A stretch of DNA of 64,000 bases from a virus (lineage: Duplodnaviria > Caudoviricetes). The stretch's first letter is position 1. Each line of letters begins with the position of its first letter. The DNA lies in IMG/VR virus record IMGVR_UViG_3300025250_000043, positions 5,115-69,114 of that record. One strand, written 5' to 3'. Made by a program: the position numbers and the translations under genes. The notes under the pieces are model-generated. The model made no database searches, had not been told where the DNA came from, and was given only the letters and a program-made list of their open reading frames with translations. This document shows, piece after piece, positions 1 through 9,586 of this stretch.

Positions 1-247
1 CCGAAGCCGCTTCGAAGTCTTCGGCGTCGAGCTCCGCCGCGACGGCTTCCGGAATGTCGCCGAGTGCCGCGATGATCGCCACGTTTGCGGCGGTTAGCCC
101 GTTCTTTGCGGCCTTCTCGATGGCAACCAAGTCCTTCGCCTTGGGACGGCGGAACGTGATCGAGTTGAGCTTTGCGACGGCTCCAGCCGGCTCGCCCATC
201 TTCGCGGGCAAGTCGACCGGATGCTTCAGGGTGTAAGGGTTGCTCAT
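1..247 (-). CDS. Tail assembly chaperone (Mu gp41-like), truncated by window edge
   Basis: Manual translation MSNPYTLKHPVDLP...ITFRRPKAKDLVAIE...ELDAEDFEA; directly after tail tube. Confidence 0.8.
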   Translation of the reverse strand, partial: MSNPYTLKHPVDLPAKMGEPAGAVAKLNSITFRRPKAKDLVAIEKAAKNGLTAANVAIIAALGDIPEAVAAELDAEDFEAAS

Positions 248-262
248 GCTGCGCGCCTCCGA

Positions 263-766
263 TTAGCTCAAGAGCGCGGCGCGGATGCCGCCCGTCTGAG
301 ACTGGTTGCCGACAACGACTTCGAAGTCGTCGATTTCGAGCAACTGCTCGCCGTCGATTTCGAGCTTCAGATAGCTCACGTCGACCGTGTAGTCGGTGGA
401 GGCGAGATCGCCAGGCTTCCACGCGCCGGCATCCGGCTTCGTGAGCGTGCCGCGCATAAAGACGGCGGCCGAATGGATCGTGTCGTCTTCGTCGACCAGG
501 GCGCCCGTGACCATGAAGTCTTTCTCGCCGTTGATGGCGAAAAGCTTGATCGTCTGCGGGTCGAAGGCGGTCATCTTGAACGACAGTTCAAGCGCCTCGA
601 AACCCAGGCCGACCTTGCGCGGCTTGACCATGCCCGCGTTGCGGACATCGGCGGTCGTGCGGGCCGGAACCGGGATGGTGATTTCCGAAGCCTGCCCGAT
701 CTTGTTCACCCGGTCGGCGAAGATCGTGCAGTTGCGGAGGATATAGCGGGGAAGTTCGCTCGCCAT
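263..766 (-). CDS. Tail tube protein (P2 FII-like)
   Basis: 167 aa, LRNCTIFADRVNKIGQASEITIP...LEIDGEQLLEID; follows sheath. Confidence 0.92.
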   Translation of the reverse strand: MASELPRYILRNCTIFADRVNKIGQASEITIPVPARTTADVRNAGMVKPRKVGLGFEALELSFKMTAFDPQTIKLFAINGEKDFMVTGALVDEDDTIHSAAVFMRGTLTKPDAGAWKPGDLASTDYTVDVSYLKLEIDGEQLLEIDDFEVVVGNQSQTGGIRAALLS

Positions 767-784
767 TGACGTTGCTCCAATTCA

Positions 785-812
785 AAAAGAAAGGGACGCC
801 CGAAGGCGTCCC
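785..812 (-). terminator. Intrinsic terminator between sheath and tube
   Basis: Minus strand GGGACGCC-TTCG-GGCGTCCC followed by TTTCTTTTT. Confidence 0.75.
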
Positions 813-838
813 GTGTGAGTTTTTAGACCGGCCTAGAA

Positions 839-2287
839 TTAGGCCGTGGTCAAGCTGCCGTTGTTCACTTCCTTCAGGACTTCCTCGATCAGGAGGTCGT
901 AGTAGGCAATGTTGCGGTAAGTCTTGATCCGGATGTCTTCCATCGGAGCCGGCGGCTCGAATTCGACAGAGATCGTCGGGCTACCGGATGCCAGGTTCGA
1001 GGCCGGGTTGTCGTCGGCGCGAATGAAGCAACGGCCGCCCAGGATCGCGCCCTCGTTCTTCAGGGAGCGGAGAAAGGTGTTCCCGCTCTCGATCATGAAC
1101 TTCAGGTTCGCCTTGCTGAAGGGCTTGTCGACGAATTCGAGGTAGGCGTCGGCCAGCGCGCGATTGATCACGTCGGCAGTCCGGCGCACGGCCTCGAATT
1201 TCCAGAGATCGTCGCCGGTCGTGACGCGGTTGCCCCAGGTGCGGAGCCCTTCGCCATTGAGGTTGATGATCGTGTTGACCGCGCGCTCATTGAGATAGTT
1301 CGCCTGCGCGCCGTAGGAGACGGGTCGAGACACGCCAACGATGCCGGCAATCGGCTTGTTCGACACCGACCACCAGAAACCGAAGTCCCGGTCGGTCTTG
1401 GTGCGCACGCCCGCGAAGTAGGGCGAGGCCGGCTTCGCGACGTTGCCGAGCGCTTCCGCGTCATACACCAGCGCCTTTTGGTCGATGATGTAAATGCGCT
1501 GCGAATTGATCAGCGAGCGATACTTGACGCCGTCGGCGTCCGTCGTGGCCGGGCCGTCGATATAGGCGATGGCGGCGAGCTGGTCGGTCAGGCCGACGAG
1601 CTCCGCGACAACCGGGTCGGTTGCGTCGCCCACGGTCGCGGTCGCGGTTGCGGGAGTGGTCGCGCCGCCGCCGGTAAGCGTAACGGCTGGCGCGGCGGTG
1701 TAGCCCTTGCCGGGCCGGTCGATGACGATCGAAGTCACCTTGCCGCCAGCGACGACAGCGTGGCCCTTGGCGGTGATGCCGCCGGCCGGAGCCGCCGCGA
1801 AGGACACAGTCGGAACCGAGGTATAGCCGACGTTGCCCACACCGGAGATCGCCACGGAGGTAACGCCGTCGGTGATCAGGGAGCCGGTGAAGCCAGGCAC
1901 GATGATGTTGACAGGGCGGATGCCGAGAACCGGCTCCGCCTTCAAGCCGGCCCACACGCCAGTCATGGCGGTTCGGTCGCCTACGATGTTCGCCAGGGTT
2001 TCGGCGGCATTCGCGCCTTCGGCGACGCGCACGACGATGACGTAAGGACCGTCCTGCTTGAAGATCGCGTCGAGGGCGTCCGGAATGGTGCCGGCGTTGC
2101 CGAATTCATCGGCAACCGACGGAAGACCAGGGATCAAGATCGGCGTGTTCACCGGATACTTGGTCGCGTCCGCATCGGGCGCGGTGCCGACAAGCAGGAT
2201 GACGCGGGTCTGATTAGTGCGGACAAGGACGGGCGTTTCCCCGCTCTCGAAAACGCGGGTGCCGTGGTGGAAAGCGAGGTCTGCCAT
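839..2287 (-). CDS. Tail sheath protein (P2 FI-like)
   Basis: MADLAFHHGTRVFE...FWWSVSNKPIAG...RTWGNR...EPPAPME; GGAG RBS before ATG 2287. Confidence 0.95.
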   Translation of the reverse strand: MADLAFHHGTRVFESGETPVLVRTNQTRVILLVGTAPDADATKYPVNTPILIPGLPSVADEFGNAGTIPDALDAIFKQDGPYVIVVRVAEGANAAETLANIVGDRTAMTGVWAGLKAEPVLGIRPVNIIVPGFTGSLITDGVTSVAISGVGNVGYTSVPTVSFAAAPAGGITAKGHAVVAGGKVTSIVIDRPGKGYTAAPAVTLTGGGATTPATATATVGDATDPVVAELVGLTDQLAAIAYIDGPATTDADGVKYRSLINSQRIYIIDQKALVYDAEALGNVAKPASPYFAGVRTKTDRDFGFWWSVSNKPIAGIVGVSRPVSYGAQANYLNERAVNTIINLNGEGLRTWGNRVTTGDDLWKFEAVRRTADVINRALADAYLEFVDKPFSKANLKFMIESGNTFLRSLKNEGAILGGRCFIRADDNPASNLASGSPTISVEFEPPAPMEDIRIKTYRNIAYYDLLIEEVLKEVNNGSLTTA

Positions 2288-2306
2288 TGATGTATCTCCA
2301 GAAACG

Positions 2307-2329
2307 AAAAAAGCCGCCAAAGCGGCGGC
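2307..2329 (-). terminator. Terminator-like hairpin in the leader of the sheath gene
   Basis: Minus strand GCCGCC-GCTTT-GGCGGC-TTTTTT ending about 20 nt before the sheath ATG. Confidence 0.55.
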
Positions 2330-2389
2330 GAAAGACTTGTCGGCGGTCTTTTGGGAACTGCATTAAGCGCTACCATAAGCCCGCCGCCT

Positions 2390-2407
2390 TGACAAGTTAA
2401 TTTGTCA
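2390..2407. promoter_or_regulatory. 18-bp palindromic operator
   Basis: TGACAA-GTTAAT-TTGTCA. Confidence 0.75.
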
Positions 2408-2423
2408 AAGCACAACGCGAAAG

Positions 2424-2452
2424 TTGACTAAGCTCCAGACCGTGCCTAATTC
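2424..2452 (+). promoter_or_regulatory. Sigma70-type promoter of the SGNH moron
   Basis: TTGACT-N17-TAATTC upstream of ORF 2517. Confidence 0.55.
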
Positions 2453-2516
2453 AGATTTTTTGCCGATCGATATTTAAGTCGCCCTGCATTAGAGGGCACA
2501 CTCGGGGGGATATCCA

Positions 2517-3248
2517 ATGTTGATGACGCTCGGCGACAGCCATGCGCTGTTCAATTTTGCTGGCGTAGGCGGTCTGAAAATTTACTGGCGCTCTGGCGTA
2601 ACGATGCACCGCGCCGCAAGGGACGGCATCATGTCGTTGAAGCACAGAACTTGCCGCCCCAAACCTTCGGACATTCTGATTATCTCCTTTGGAGAGATCG
2701 ACAGCCGCGCGCACATACCCCGGCTGGCGAAAGCCAACGGAAGAAGCTCGATCGCAGAGGCGGACATCCTATGCGACCGATTCCATGTCGAACTCAACGA
2801 ATTCCGAAAAATCTATCCTGCCACCACTATCGCGCTTTCGTGCATCATCCCCTTCAACCCCGATAGTTTGGAGCCGCAGCATTACGCCAGCGCCGCCGAG
2901 TGCCTGGCAGACGCCAAGGCGATCAGGGACCATATGAACAACCGCCTCACCAACATGGGAGTGCCGTTCGTCGACTTCCGGAGCGGATACTCCAACGGCG
3001 ACGGAAGCATTCGCAAAGAGTACTCCGACGAGAACGTTCACATTGATGCTCGTCACTCTAAGCCGGTCATCGACGCGTTGAAGTCGACATTCGGCTTAGA
3101 GCTTGACGAGATCGTCCCCCCATGGCCCCCATACCCGCGCGCCGAGCCTGACCTAACCTTGGTGAAGGAATACCGGAGAGCCATTAAGAACGCCGTCAAA
3201 GCGCCGTTCATAAGGGTCGCCAAGTCTCTCCAGGCCGCCCGTCAATAG
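2517..3248 (+). CDS. SGNH/GDSL-hydrolase-like protein (moron, antisense to tail genes)
   Basis: N-terminal GDSH, internal FGEIDSR, C-terminal SDENVH; own promoter. Confidence 0.6.
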   Translation: MLMTLGDSHALFNFAGVGGLKIYWRSGVTMHRAARDGIMSLKHRTCRPKPSDILIISFGEIDSRAHIPRLAKANGRSSIAEADILCDRFHVELNEFRKIYPATTIALSCIIPFNPDSLEPQHYASAAECLADAKAIRDHMNNRLTNMGVPFVDFRSGYSNGDGSIRKEYSDENVHIDARHSKPVIDALKSTFGLELDEIVPPWPPYPRAEPDLTLVKEYRRAIKNAVKAPFIRVAKSLQAARQ

Positions 3249-3249
3249 G

Positions 3250-3690
3250 TTATCCGGGCCAGCCCTCGTTTATATCCACCGCTTCGAGGGCTTGCGTATC
3301 CGTGGCCGCCAGGATCGCCTCCGACAATGTCCTGGCGCGGCTGAAGCAGCCTTGCACATGTCGCCCGACCGCGATGCCGATAGCCTTCATGGTCACGGCA
3401 TCCAGCGTTACCCAAACGCCCGGTTGAGCTTCCCAATCAATGCTTACCAATTCGGGGTCATTTTCGAAAAGGGAAACCGCGCCGGTAATCTTAGCCTGGC
3501 TATTCGCATCCGTCCGGACCGAAGCGCCTCCGACGAGGATGCCGCCGGTTTCCACAGTCCATCGTTTATCGGCGAGCGCTGCGAGCTTAAGCTCGCGAAG
3601 CGTTTCGAACGGCACCACAATTACCGGCGGCTCATATTCATGTATCGTCGTCTCGCCGGTTGCGATGTTATATTCTTCTCGAATAGCCAT
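3250..3690 (-). CDS. Tail fibre-associated protein (DUF4376-like)
   Basis: KRWTVETGGILVGGASVRTDANSQAKITGA...WEAQPGVWVTLD; follows tail fibre. Confidence 0.8.
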   Translation of the reverse strand: MAIREEYNIATGETTIHEYEPPVIVVPFETLRELKLAALADKRWTVETGGILVGGASVRTDANSQAKITGAVSLFENDPELVSIDWEAQPGVWVTLDAVTMKAIGIAVGRHVQGCFSRARTLSEAILAATDTQALEAVDINEGWPG

Positions 3691-3695
3691 TGATG

Positions 3696-5120
3696 TCACT
3701 CCCAATGCACAATTGCGAAACCAGAGGTGCCCGTGGCCGTTCCGCTGCCGGAAGTAAGACGGATGCGGTCTAGAACGTTCGCGCCAAGATCTATGGAGCT
3801 TCCGCCATTGGAACTATTCGCTCCATTGGTTGCGCCGTTGTGCTTCATTGCCCAATAATTGCCTGTACTGCGCACAAGCTCCGACACACCGCCGGCAATC
3901 TGACCGCCGCGTGTACTCAAACCGTTCGTGCGAGTAGAGGTCTGAAGGATGCTGCCCGATAGCGAGGTAGCCGCTCCCAAGTACCCCGAAGTGAGTACGC
4001 CGCCAGCAGCAGACCCAATCTGCACAATGAACTCGTCGGCAGACAGTAGGGCGTTGAACCAGCCGATGGTGATCTGCTTCACCCACGACGGAATGCCCGT
4101 GATGTCATAGACGGTTGCGCCCGTCGAAAACGAGATGAGGGCACTCGACGTAAGCCTAGACGCGGTGAGGGACTGATAGGCGGCGGCGGCGGCGGCGGGC
4201 GTGAGATATCGCGCGTCCTGTTCGGCTTGGCTAAGCTGGAGCTTATACCAAGCGCCCCACGTTCCGTTCTGGCGATGCCGGCGATACGCCCACGTATTCG
4301 CTGCGCCGGCAGCGGTGAAGAGGTGCGCGGTTTGCGTCACCCACAGAGCTTCAATGTGTGCGACCGTCTCGATCAGGTAGTCGGACGCCGTCGGGATATT
4401 AGCCGACGTAGCGTTACACCGCCACCAACCGTTTGCCGTGGCGGTGTTGGCGTCGGCCGTAAGTGCGCCGACCGCCGCGCCAATGCTCGCCCTCGCATCC
4501 TGCTTGGCGTCAAGCGCCGTTTGCAGGCCCGCCACGTCGGCGATCGCGATCGCGAGCGCCGTCTTAAGCGCGGCGGCCGAGATAACGCCCTGAAGGCCCG
4601 CCACGCTCGCGACTTGATCGGTGTTGTCGATCTTGTCCCAAGCCGTGCCGTTCGACACGATCCAATCGCCGACCTTCCAATCGGTGATACCGCTTACGTT
4701 CGTCGCGCCGTCGGCGCTAACCTTGTAGTATTGCCCCTTGTTAGCGGCGGAGGACGCCGGGATCGTCGGCGTGTTCGTGTTCGCGTTCCAAGTCCCCTGA
4801 TACGACAGCGACCCGAAGAGCGCCGAAGGGAGTTGGCCCGCCGGAACCTTGCCGGTCGCGTCCAGGGCTGCAAAGCCGTTAGCGTTGCCCTTCGCGCTCG
4901 CGTCCTGCTTGCTGTCGAGCGCGGCCTGAAGGCCAGTTGTGTCGGCGACGGTGTGCTGATGCACCAAGAGCGCCCTGTCCGCGACCGCTACAAGAATTCC
5001 CGCAACATCAACGTCGATCGCGGAGAGCGCCGAGATCAGACGGAGAACGTCGTCCCTAAGTTCATTGCTTTGGAACGGGAGCTGATAGCTCCGGTTCGGC
5101 GTAGTGTTTTCCGTGGTCAT
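3696..5120 (-). CDS. Tail fibre protein with pyocin-knob-like domain
   Basis: MTTENTTPNRSYQLP, YQGTWNANTNTP...DWIVSNGTAWDKIDN, DANTATANGWW...NGTWGAWYKL. Confidence 0.85.
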   Translation of the reverse strand: MTTENTTPNRSYQLPFQSNELRDDVLRLISALSAIDVDVAGILVAVADRALLVHQHTVADTTGLQAALDSKQDASAKGNANGFAALDATGKVPAGQLPSALFGSLSYQGTWNANTNTPTIPASSAANKGQYYKVSADGATNVSGITDWKVGDWIVSNGTAWDKIDNTDQVASVAGLQGVISAAALKTALAIAIADVAGLQTALDAKQDARASIGAAVGALTADANTATANGWWRCNATSANIPTASDYLIETVAHIEALWVTQTAHLFTAAGAANTWAYRRHRQNGTWGAWYKLQLSQAEQDARYLTPAAAAAAYQSLTASRLTSSALISFSTGATVYDITGIPSWVKQITIGWFNALLSADEFIVQIGSAAGGVLTSGYLGAATSLSGSILQTSTRTNGLSTRGGQIAGGVSELVRSTGNYWAMKHNGATNGANSSNGGSSIDLGANVLDRIRLTSGSGTATGTSGFAIVHWE

Positions 5121-5196
5121 GACCGATCCCCGCAAGGCAAAAGAAAACCGCGCCAGCGTTGCCACTGGCGCGGTCGATGATGTCGTTTCGTGTGGT

Positions 5197-8100
5197 TTAC
5201 GGCGTCGAGATCGCCCGGAAGTCGTAAGCCATCGGCCGCGCCGCCGGAGTTCCGGTCAAGGTGATCCGGATGCGTCCGACGGGGTTCGCATTGAAGCCGG
5301 TGATGCTGTACTTCCGCTCGACCCATCCCGCTTCCTGAAGCGGCGTTTGAACAATCTGCGGAACCGGCGTCCAAACGTCGTTGGCCGGGTCGACATCCAT
5401 TGCGATGGTCGCCCCGGTCGGGATTTTGGTCTTCAGGTACGACAGAAGCTTGATGGCGGTCCCCATGTCGAACGCGCGGCTCACATAGGTTCCGGTCGTC
5501 TTCAGCTTGCCTTCAATGGCGAGGATCACAGGGAAGACCACCGGCGAAACTTTCGCTGAGCCGGAGAGAACCGCCCTAATCTTGACGTTGCCGGTGTAGA
5601 ACGCCTGCAACTCCCAAGCTTGCCCCGGATTGAGAAGCGTGATCGAGCCGTCGTCGAGTTCGACTTCGAAATGCATCGAAGCCGCCGCCGTCGGCAACTC
5701 GACCTCCGCACGAAGCAAGAGATCGCTCATGCTGTTAACGGCAAACGTTCCCACGTTCACCGTCTTCGTCGTCGGCGCGAATTTGGCCGCGATCAGTTGG
5801 AAGCAAATGTCTTCCGCCTGATGTGGCGTCCAAGTCACCGCGTTCGATGACGACAGCATCACGCCGACCGAATAAGGCTGCGCTGCCACTGGCTGTTGAG
5901 TGACGATATCGAAGTCGCCGAGCTTGGCGGTCGCGATCGAGTGGTCGCCGTCGTTGGTCTTCACCACGAAGGCATACTCGACGCCGCCAGCCAGCCAGAC
6001 CGGATAGGGGAAGCGGACTTGCGTCCACTGTCCGATGACCGCCGCGTTCATGTTGTAATACGCTTGCGCGATCACATTGACCGTCGGAATGCCATTGGCG
6101 ACCTCGACCAGTTCGATGATCAGCGGGTTATCAGGGTCGCCGATCAAGCAGACTTTCAGGTTGACGCCGGCAATGTGGCGCCCTTCCGTCAAGGTGAACG
6201 TCTGAGCGAGCGGGTCCGAGCGGCTTCCTCCGTTGCCGCCGCCACCGCCGCCGCTAACTCCGCCTGGCCGAGGCGTCGTCTCGCGCGGAGCCGTGACCGA
6301 CGTTTGCTGCACCGTTGTCGTGATGACGCGGCGGAGCGTTTCGATGTCGATCTTCCCTTGCCCGACGAAGATCGCCGCCGCACTGGAGCCGCCCGCGCCG
6401 GTCGCAACCAATCCTTTCGAACCGGCCGGAACATTCGCCGGGATCACGAAGCTTCCGACGATCTCGCCGTCGGCGTCCCCCGACAGTCCGGGAGGCGTGA
6501 CGTTGATGCCGTCGAATTCCAGCTTCGTCAGGTTTTCGCCTACGCCAAAGCCCTTGATGGTGAATTCAAGAGAAATCTGGCGAAGGTAGGCGAGCGCTTC
6601 CTCCGACGTGGAGCTTTCGACGGTTTCCTTTTTCGTCGTCGTCGTAGTGGTCGTCGTGCGGCCCGTCGTCGAGCTTGAAGTCGTAACCACAACGGGCGAC
6701 GAAAGGGCCGCCGCGCTATCAGAAGCCCATTGCGTCGCGTTCTCCGTCCAGTAGTCGACCGGAGGGTTGACAGTCATCGACGCGGGGATAGGCGTGAAGT
6801 TCTGATAGGGGTTGATCTTCATGCACGAAGTTGCAAGCGGTTGCTCGACCGCGACCTCTTCCGTCCAGTTCAACAGCGTCACGCCGGGGAGGTTTGCCGA
6901 GTGGAAGGTCGGGTCAATGGCAAGCCGCAAGAGGCCGCCAAAGACCGCCGCCGTCTGCGGCTCGCCCGCGTCGCGGTAGCGATCGGAAGTGAACGGGTCG
7001 ACAAAGACGCCGTTTTTCGAGACCGGCTCGCGGCTGTCGATGTCCCGCTGAAGCCTTTCGAGCGCGATCAGGTCGAGCGCGTTCACAAGGCTGTTGTACA
7101 TGCGGTCGATCTTGTCCATCGTATAGGCCCGCACGCCGATGTTGGTTACGTTCGGCGTGCCGGTCCACACGTTCTCGATCAGCGCCAGCGGCAACACGTC
7201 GGCCGGGACTTTCGGCGGCAAGGCATTAGTACGGCTGGAGACGCCCTTCAGATAAACCGCAAGGCCATCACTGTCCAAGCCGATCACGTCAACGCGCGGA
7301 AGCTTGAAGTCATAGTCGACTTGGATTTGGCCGCCCGTGACGCCGCCCGCGACCGTGATCGAGGTATTGGTAACGGCCGACGGGATCACAACGCCGAGGT
7401 AGCGATACTTGACCGTGTAGCTCGACCCTGAAGCCGGCTCCGCGCCGGCCGGACCCCACGAAATGAGATCGCCGGCCTTGTTGTAGCTCGTTCCCGCGAC
7501 ATAGGTCGTTCCGCCCTGCTTGACCTCCAGAATGGCGGTCACGCCGGTATTCAAGAGCGCGTCGGTTCCGTTCACCGTGCCGCCGCGCGTGATCGTATCG
7601 GTGACTTCCTTCTCGACCAACACCTGGCGAATGGTGGCGATCGGCCCATGATTGAGTGTGATGGTCGTAGGGTTCGCCCCGAAGGTCTGGACCTCGACCG
7701 GGATGCGGTAGAGATCAAACGTCTCCAGTTCGCGATGACGGAGGGCCGCGTAGCGCGTGCGCTTCCATCCCTTGATGTTGGCGACGCCTTCCGAGATCGA
7801 GAAGACTTGGTCCGTCCCATCCTTGCCGATCGCCGACACGACGCAACCGTTCACGATGTAGTTGCCGTTCGCGTCATTGTCGTAGAGGGCGAGCAAGGCG
7901 TTGACGCCCGTCAAGGACGGCGGCGGCGTCTGGTCGATGGCGACGCCATCCTTCAGCAAATAGACGGAATAGAGGTTGCCCTCGACGCCGTCGCCGGAGA
8001 AACCCCACGCGAGCGAAAGCACCACGCGGGCCGCGCCCTTCTCGCCTTCCGCCTCCGAGCCGGGATGAAGGCCGAGCAATGCCGGCTCTTCGAGCTCCGT

Positions 8101-8454
8101 CACGTAGGTTTCGGATACGCGCACGCCGATATGAACGGCTCCCGTCATCGGGACGGAAGCCAGCACGGCGGCAGGGGCGCTAAGGACGCGGCCATTGATG
8201 TACAGAAGGCCGGCGGTAAGGGTGACGGTATGAGCGTCGGCGTCGATGATGATGTCGCCGCCCTCGATCCGATCGCCGTCGCGAGCGACCATATTGCCGA
8301 TCGCGCGGATTTTGTTCTGGAGGATCGATTGAGCCTCGACCATTTCGGCGGCCTGGCCCAAGTGACCCTCGCGGGTCAGCACGCTATCCCAAAGCGGAAA
8401 TTGGGGCGTGCGGTCGTAAGCCCCGGAGAGGCCCGATTTATGCTCGTAAGTCAT
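5197..8454 (-). CDS. Large baseplate/tail structural protein (DUF4815-like)
   Basis: 1085 aa, QAAEMVEAQSILQ, KNGVFVDPF, DPLAQTF; between gpI and tail fibre. Confidence 0.8.
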   Translation of the reverse strand: MTYEHKSGLSGAYDRTPQFPLWDSVLTREGHLGQAAEMVEAQSILQNKIRAIGNMVARDGDRIEGGDIIIDADAHTVTLTAGLLYINGRVLSAPAAVLASVPMTGAVHIGVRVSETYVTELEEPALLGLHPGSEAEGEKGAARVVLSLAWGFSGDGVEGNLYSVYLLKDGVAIDQTPPPSLTGVNALLALYDNDANGNYIVNGCVVSAIGKDGTDQVFSISEGVANIKGWKRTRYAALRHRELETFDLYRIPVEVQTFGANPTTITLNHGPIATIRQVLVEKEVTDTITRGGTVNGTDALLNTGVTAILEVKQGGTTYVAGTSYNKAGDLISWGPAGAEPASGSSYTVKYRYLGVVIPSAVTNTSITVAGGVTGGQIQVDYDFKLPRVDVIGLDSDGLAVYLKGVSSRTNALPPKVPADVLPLALIENVWTGTPNVTNIGVRAYTMDKIDRMYNSLVNALDLIALERLQRDIDSREPVSKNGVFVDPFTSDRYRDAGEPQTAAVFGGLLRLAIDPTFHSANLPGVTLLNWTEEVAVEQPLATSCMKINPYQNFTPIPASMTVNPPVDYWTENATQWASDSAAALSSPVVVTTSSSTTGRTTTTTTTTKKETVESSTSEEALAYLRQISLEFTIKGFGVGENLTKLEFDGINVTPPGLSGDADGEIVGSFVIPANVPAGSKGLVATGAGGSSAAAIFVGQGKIDIETLRRVITTTVQQTSVTAPRETTPRPGGVSGGGGGGNGGSRSDPLAQTFTLTEGRHIAGVNLKVCLIGDPDNPLIIELVEVANGIPTVNVIAQAYYNMNAAVIGQWTQVRFPYPVWLAGGVEYAFVVKTNDGDHSIATAKLGDFDIVTQQPVAAQPYSVGVMLSSSNAVTWTPHQAEDICFQLIAAKFAPTTKTVNVGTFAVNSMSDLLLRAEVELPTAAASMHFEVELDDGSITLLNPGQAWELQAFYTGNVKIRAVLSGSAKVSPVVFPVILAIEGKLKTTGTYVSRAFDMGTAIKLLSYLKTKIPTGATIAMDVDPANDVWTPVPQIVQTPLQEAGWVERKYSITGFNANPVGRIRITLTGTPAARPMAYDFRAISTP

Positions 8455-8461
8455 GATTGCC

Positions 8462-9586
8462 TCAAACGATCTTCAAGAGGACGCGAAAGCGTTCGCGTGA
8501 TGTTTTGCCTAGAAGAGCCGGCGTGATGTCGAAGCCGCCGACGACAGCGCCGCCGGCAATGCCAGCGCCCGCAATCCATTGGATGCCAGCGGGTTGGGGT
8601 CCGACCGGCGAGCCGCCGAGCGTGACGCTCCAAGAGTGCATGGTTTCGCCCTCGCCCTCGCCGAAATCCATGAGAGCTTCGGCATAGATAGTCGAACCGG
8701 CTTGGCTGGCGACGACATAGTCCAACCCGTCGGCGTGATAGTATCCGCCGAACAGCAATTCGACGGGGCGATAGACACGCGCCTTGCGGAAGCCAATCGG
8801 CGTTCCGTCGGCCCGATAGGTGCCAATCCAGCATGATTTCGCGAGCAAAGCTGTCGCAATGACCTTCGCGCGCGTTGTGGCGGCGTCAGACATCCATTGC
8901 AGACCAGGCGTCGACCAGGGAACCGGCCCCCATGAGATCGAGCCGCCGCCGGCCGGCGGAGGAACCCACGCATTCAGGGCAACCAATTCCGCTTGCGTCA
9001 AATCGTGGCCAGCGTCGAAGGTGCGGCCGAAAGACCACTTCACCCCGCCGTCGTGTAGGCGAACGCCTGAAGCGTCGCCCCAAATGCCGTTGCCCCATCG
9101 GGAATAGGACCAATCGTGTTCCCGAACGTTGTAGCCCTTCCATGCCCGGTAGAATTCCGAGCGAACCGGGTCTGACAGCCTCACCACCGCCTCGATCGTG
9201 CCGAGATCGGTTTCGTTGTCGCGGAAGCGGTCCAGTTCCAATTCGTAAAAGTGCCAGCGCGTGCGGCGGAGCGGAGCCTCGTAAAGCGTCGAGAAGGCAT
9301 AGCCGACCCAAGTCAAGCTTTCTGCGATACCTTGTGGCGTTCCCTTCACCCGTTGCCAGCGCAAGCCATATTCGATCGTCGTCGCGAGATCGGGCAGATA
9401 TTGCGAGATCGTGCCGAGGCCGTATTCGACGACAAGCCAAGGCAGGATCGAGGGCTGGACCGTTTCGTATTTGAACGAATGCAGTTCGGCCGGACCTGGC
9501 GCGAGTTCGGGGAAGCGGTCGAGCGATTCCGACAGCGCTTCCTCGAATGGCGTTGAGTTCGGCGGGAGAAGGTGCTTCCTGTCCAT
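8462..9586 (-). CDS. Tail protein I (P2 gpI-like baseplate wedge)
   Basis: MDRKHLLPPNSTPFE...LPWLVVEYGL...RWQRVKGT; TAATG overlap with gpJ. Confidence 0.88.
   Translation of the reverse strand: MDRKHLLPPNSTPFEEALSESLDRFPELAPGPAELHSFKYETVQPSILPWLVVEYGLGTISQYLPDLATTIEYGLRWQRVKGTPQGIAESLTWVGYAFSTLYEAPLRRTRWHFYELELDRFRDNETDLGTIEAVVRLSDPVRSEFYRAWKGYNVREHDWSYSRWGNGIWGDASGVRLHDGGVKWSFGRTFDAGHDLTQAELVALNAWVPPPAGGGSISWGPVPWSTPGLQWMSDAATTRAKVIATALLAKSCWIGTYRADGTPIGFRKARVYRPVELLFGGYYHADGLDYVVASQAGSTIYAEALMDFGEGEGETMHSWSVTLGGSPVGPQPAGIQWIAGAGIAGGAVVGGFDITPALLGKTSRERFRVLLKIV

Noticed and set aside
3696-5120. Diversity-generating retroelement or invertible tail-fibre cassette
   Set aside because: No reverse transcriptase, template repeat, invertase or flanking inverted repeats found in the window
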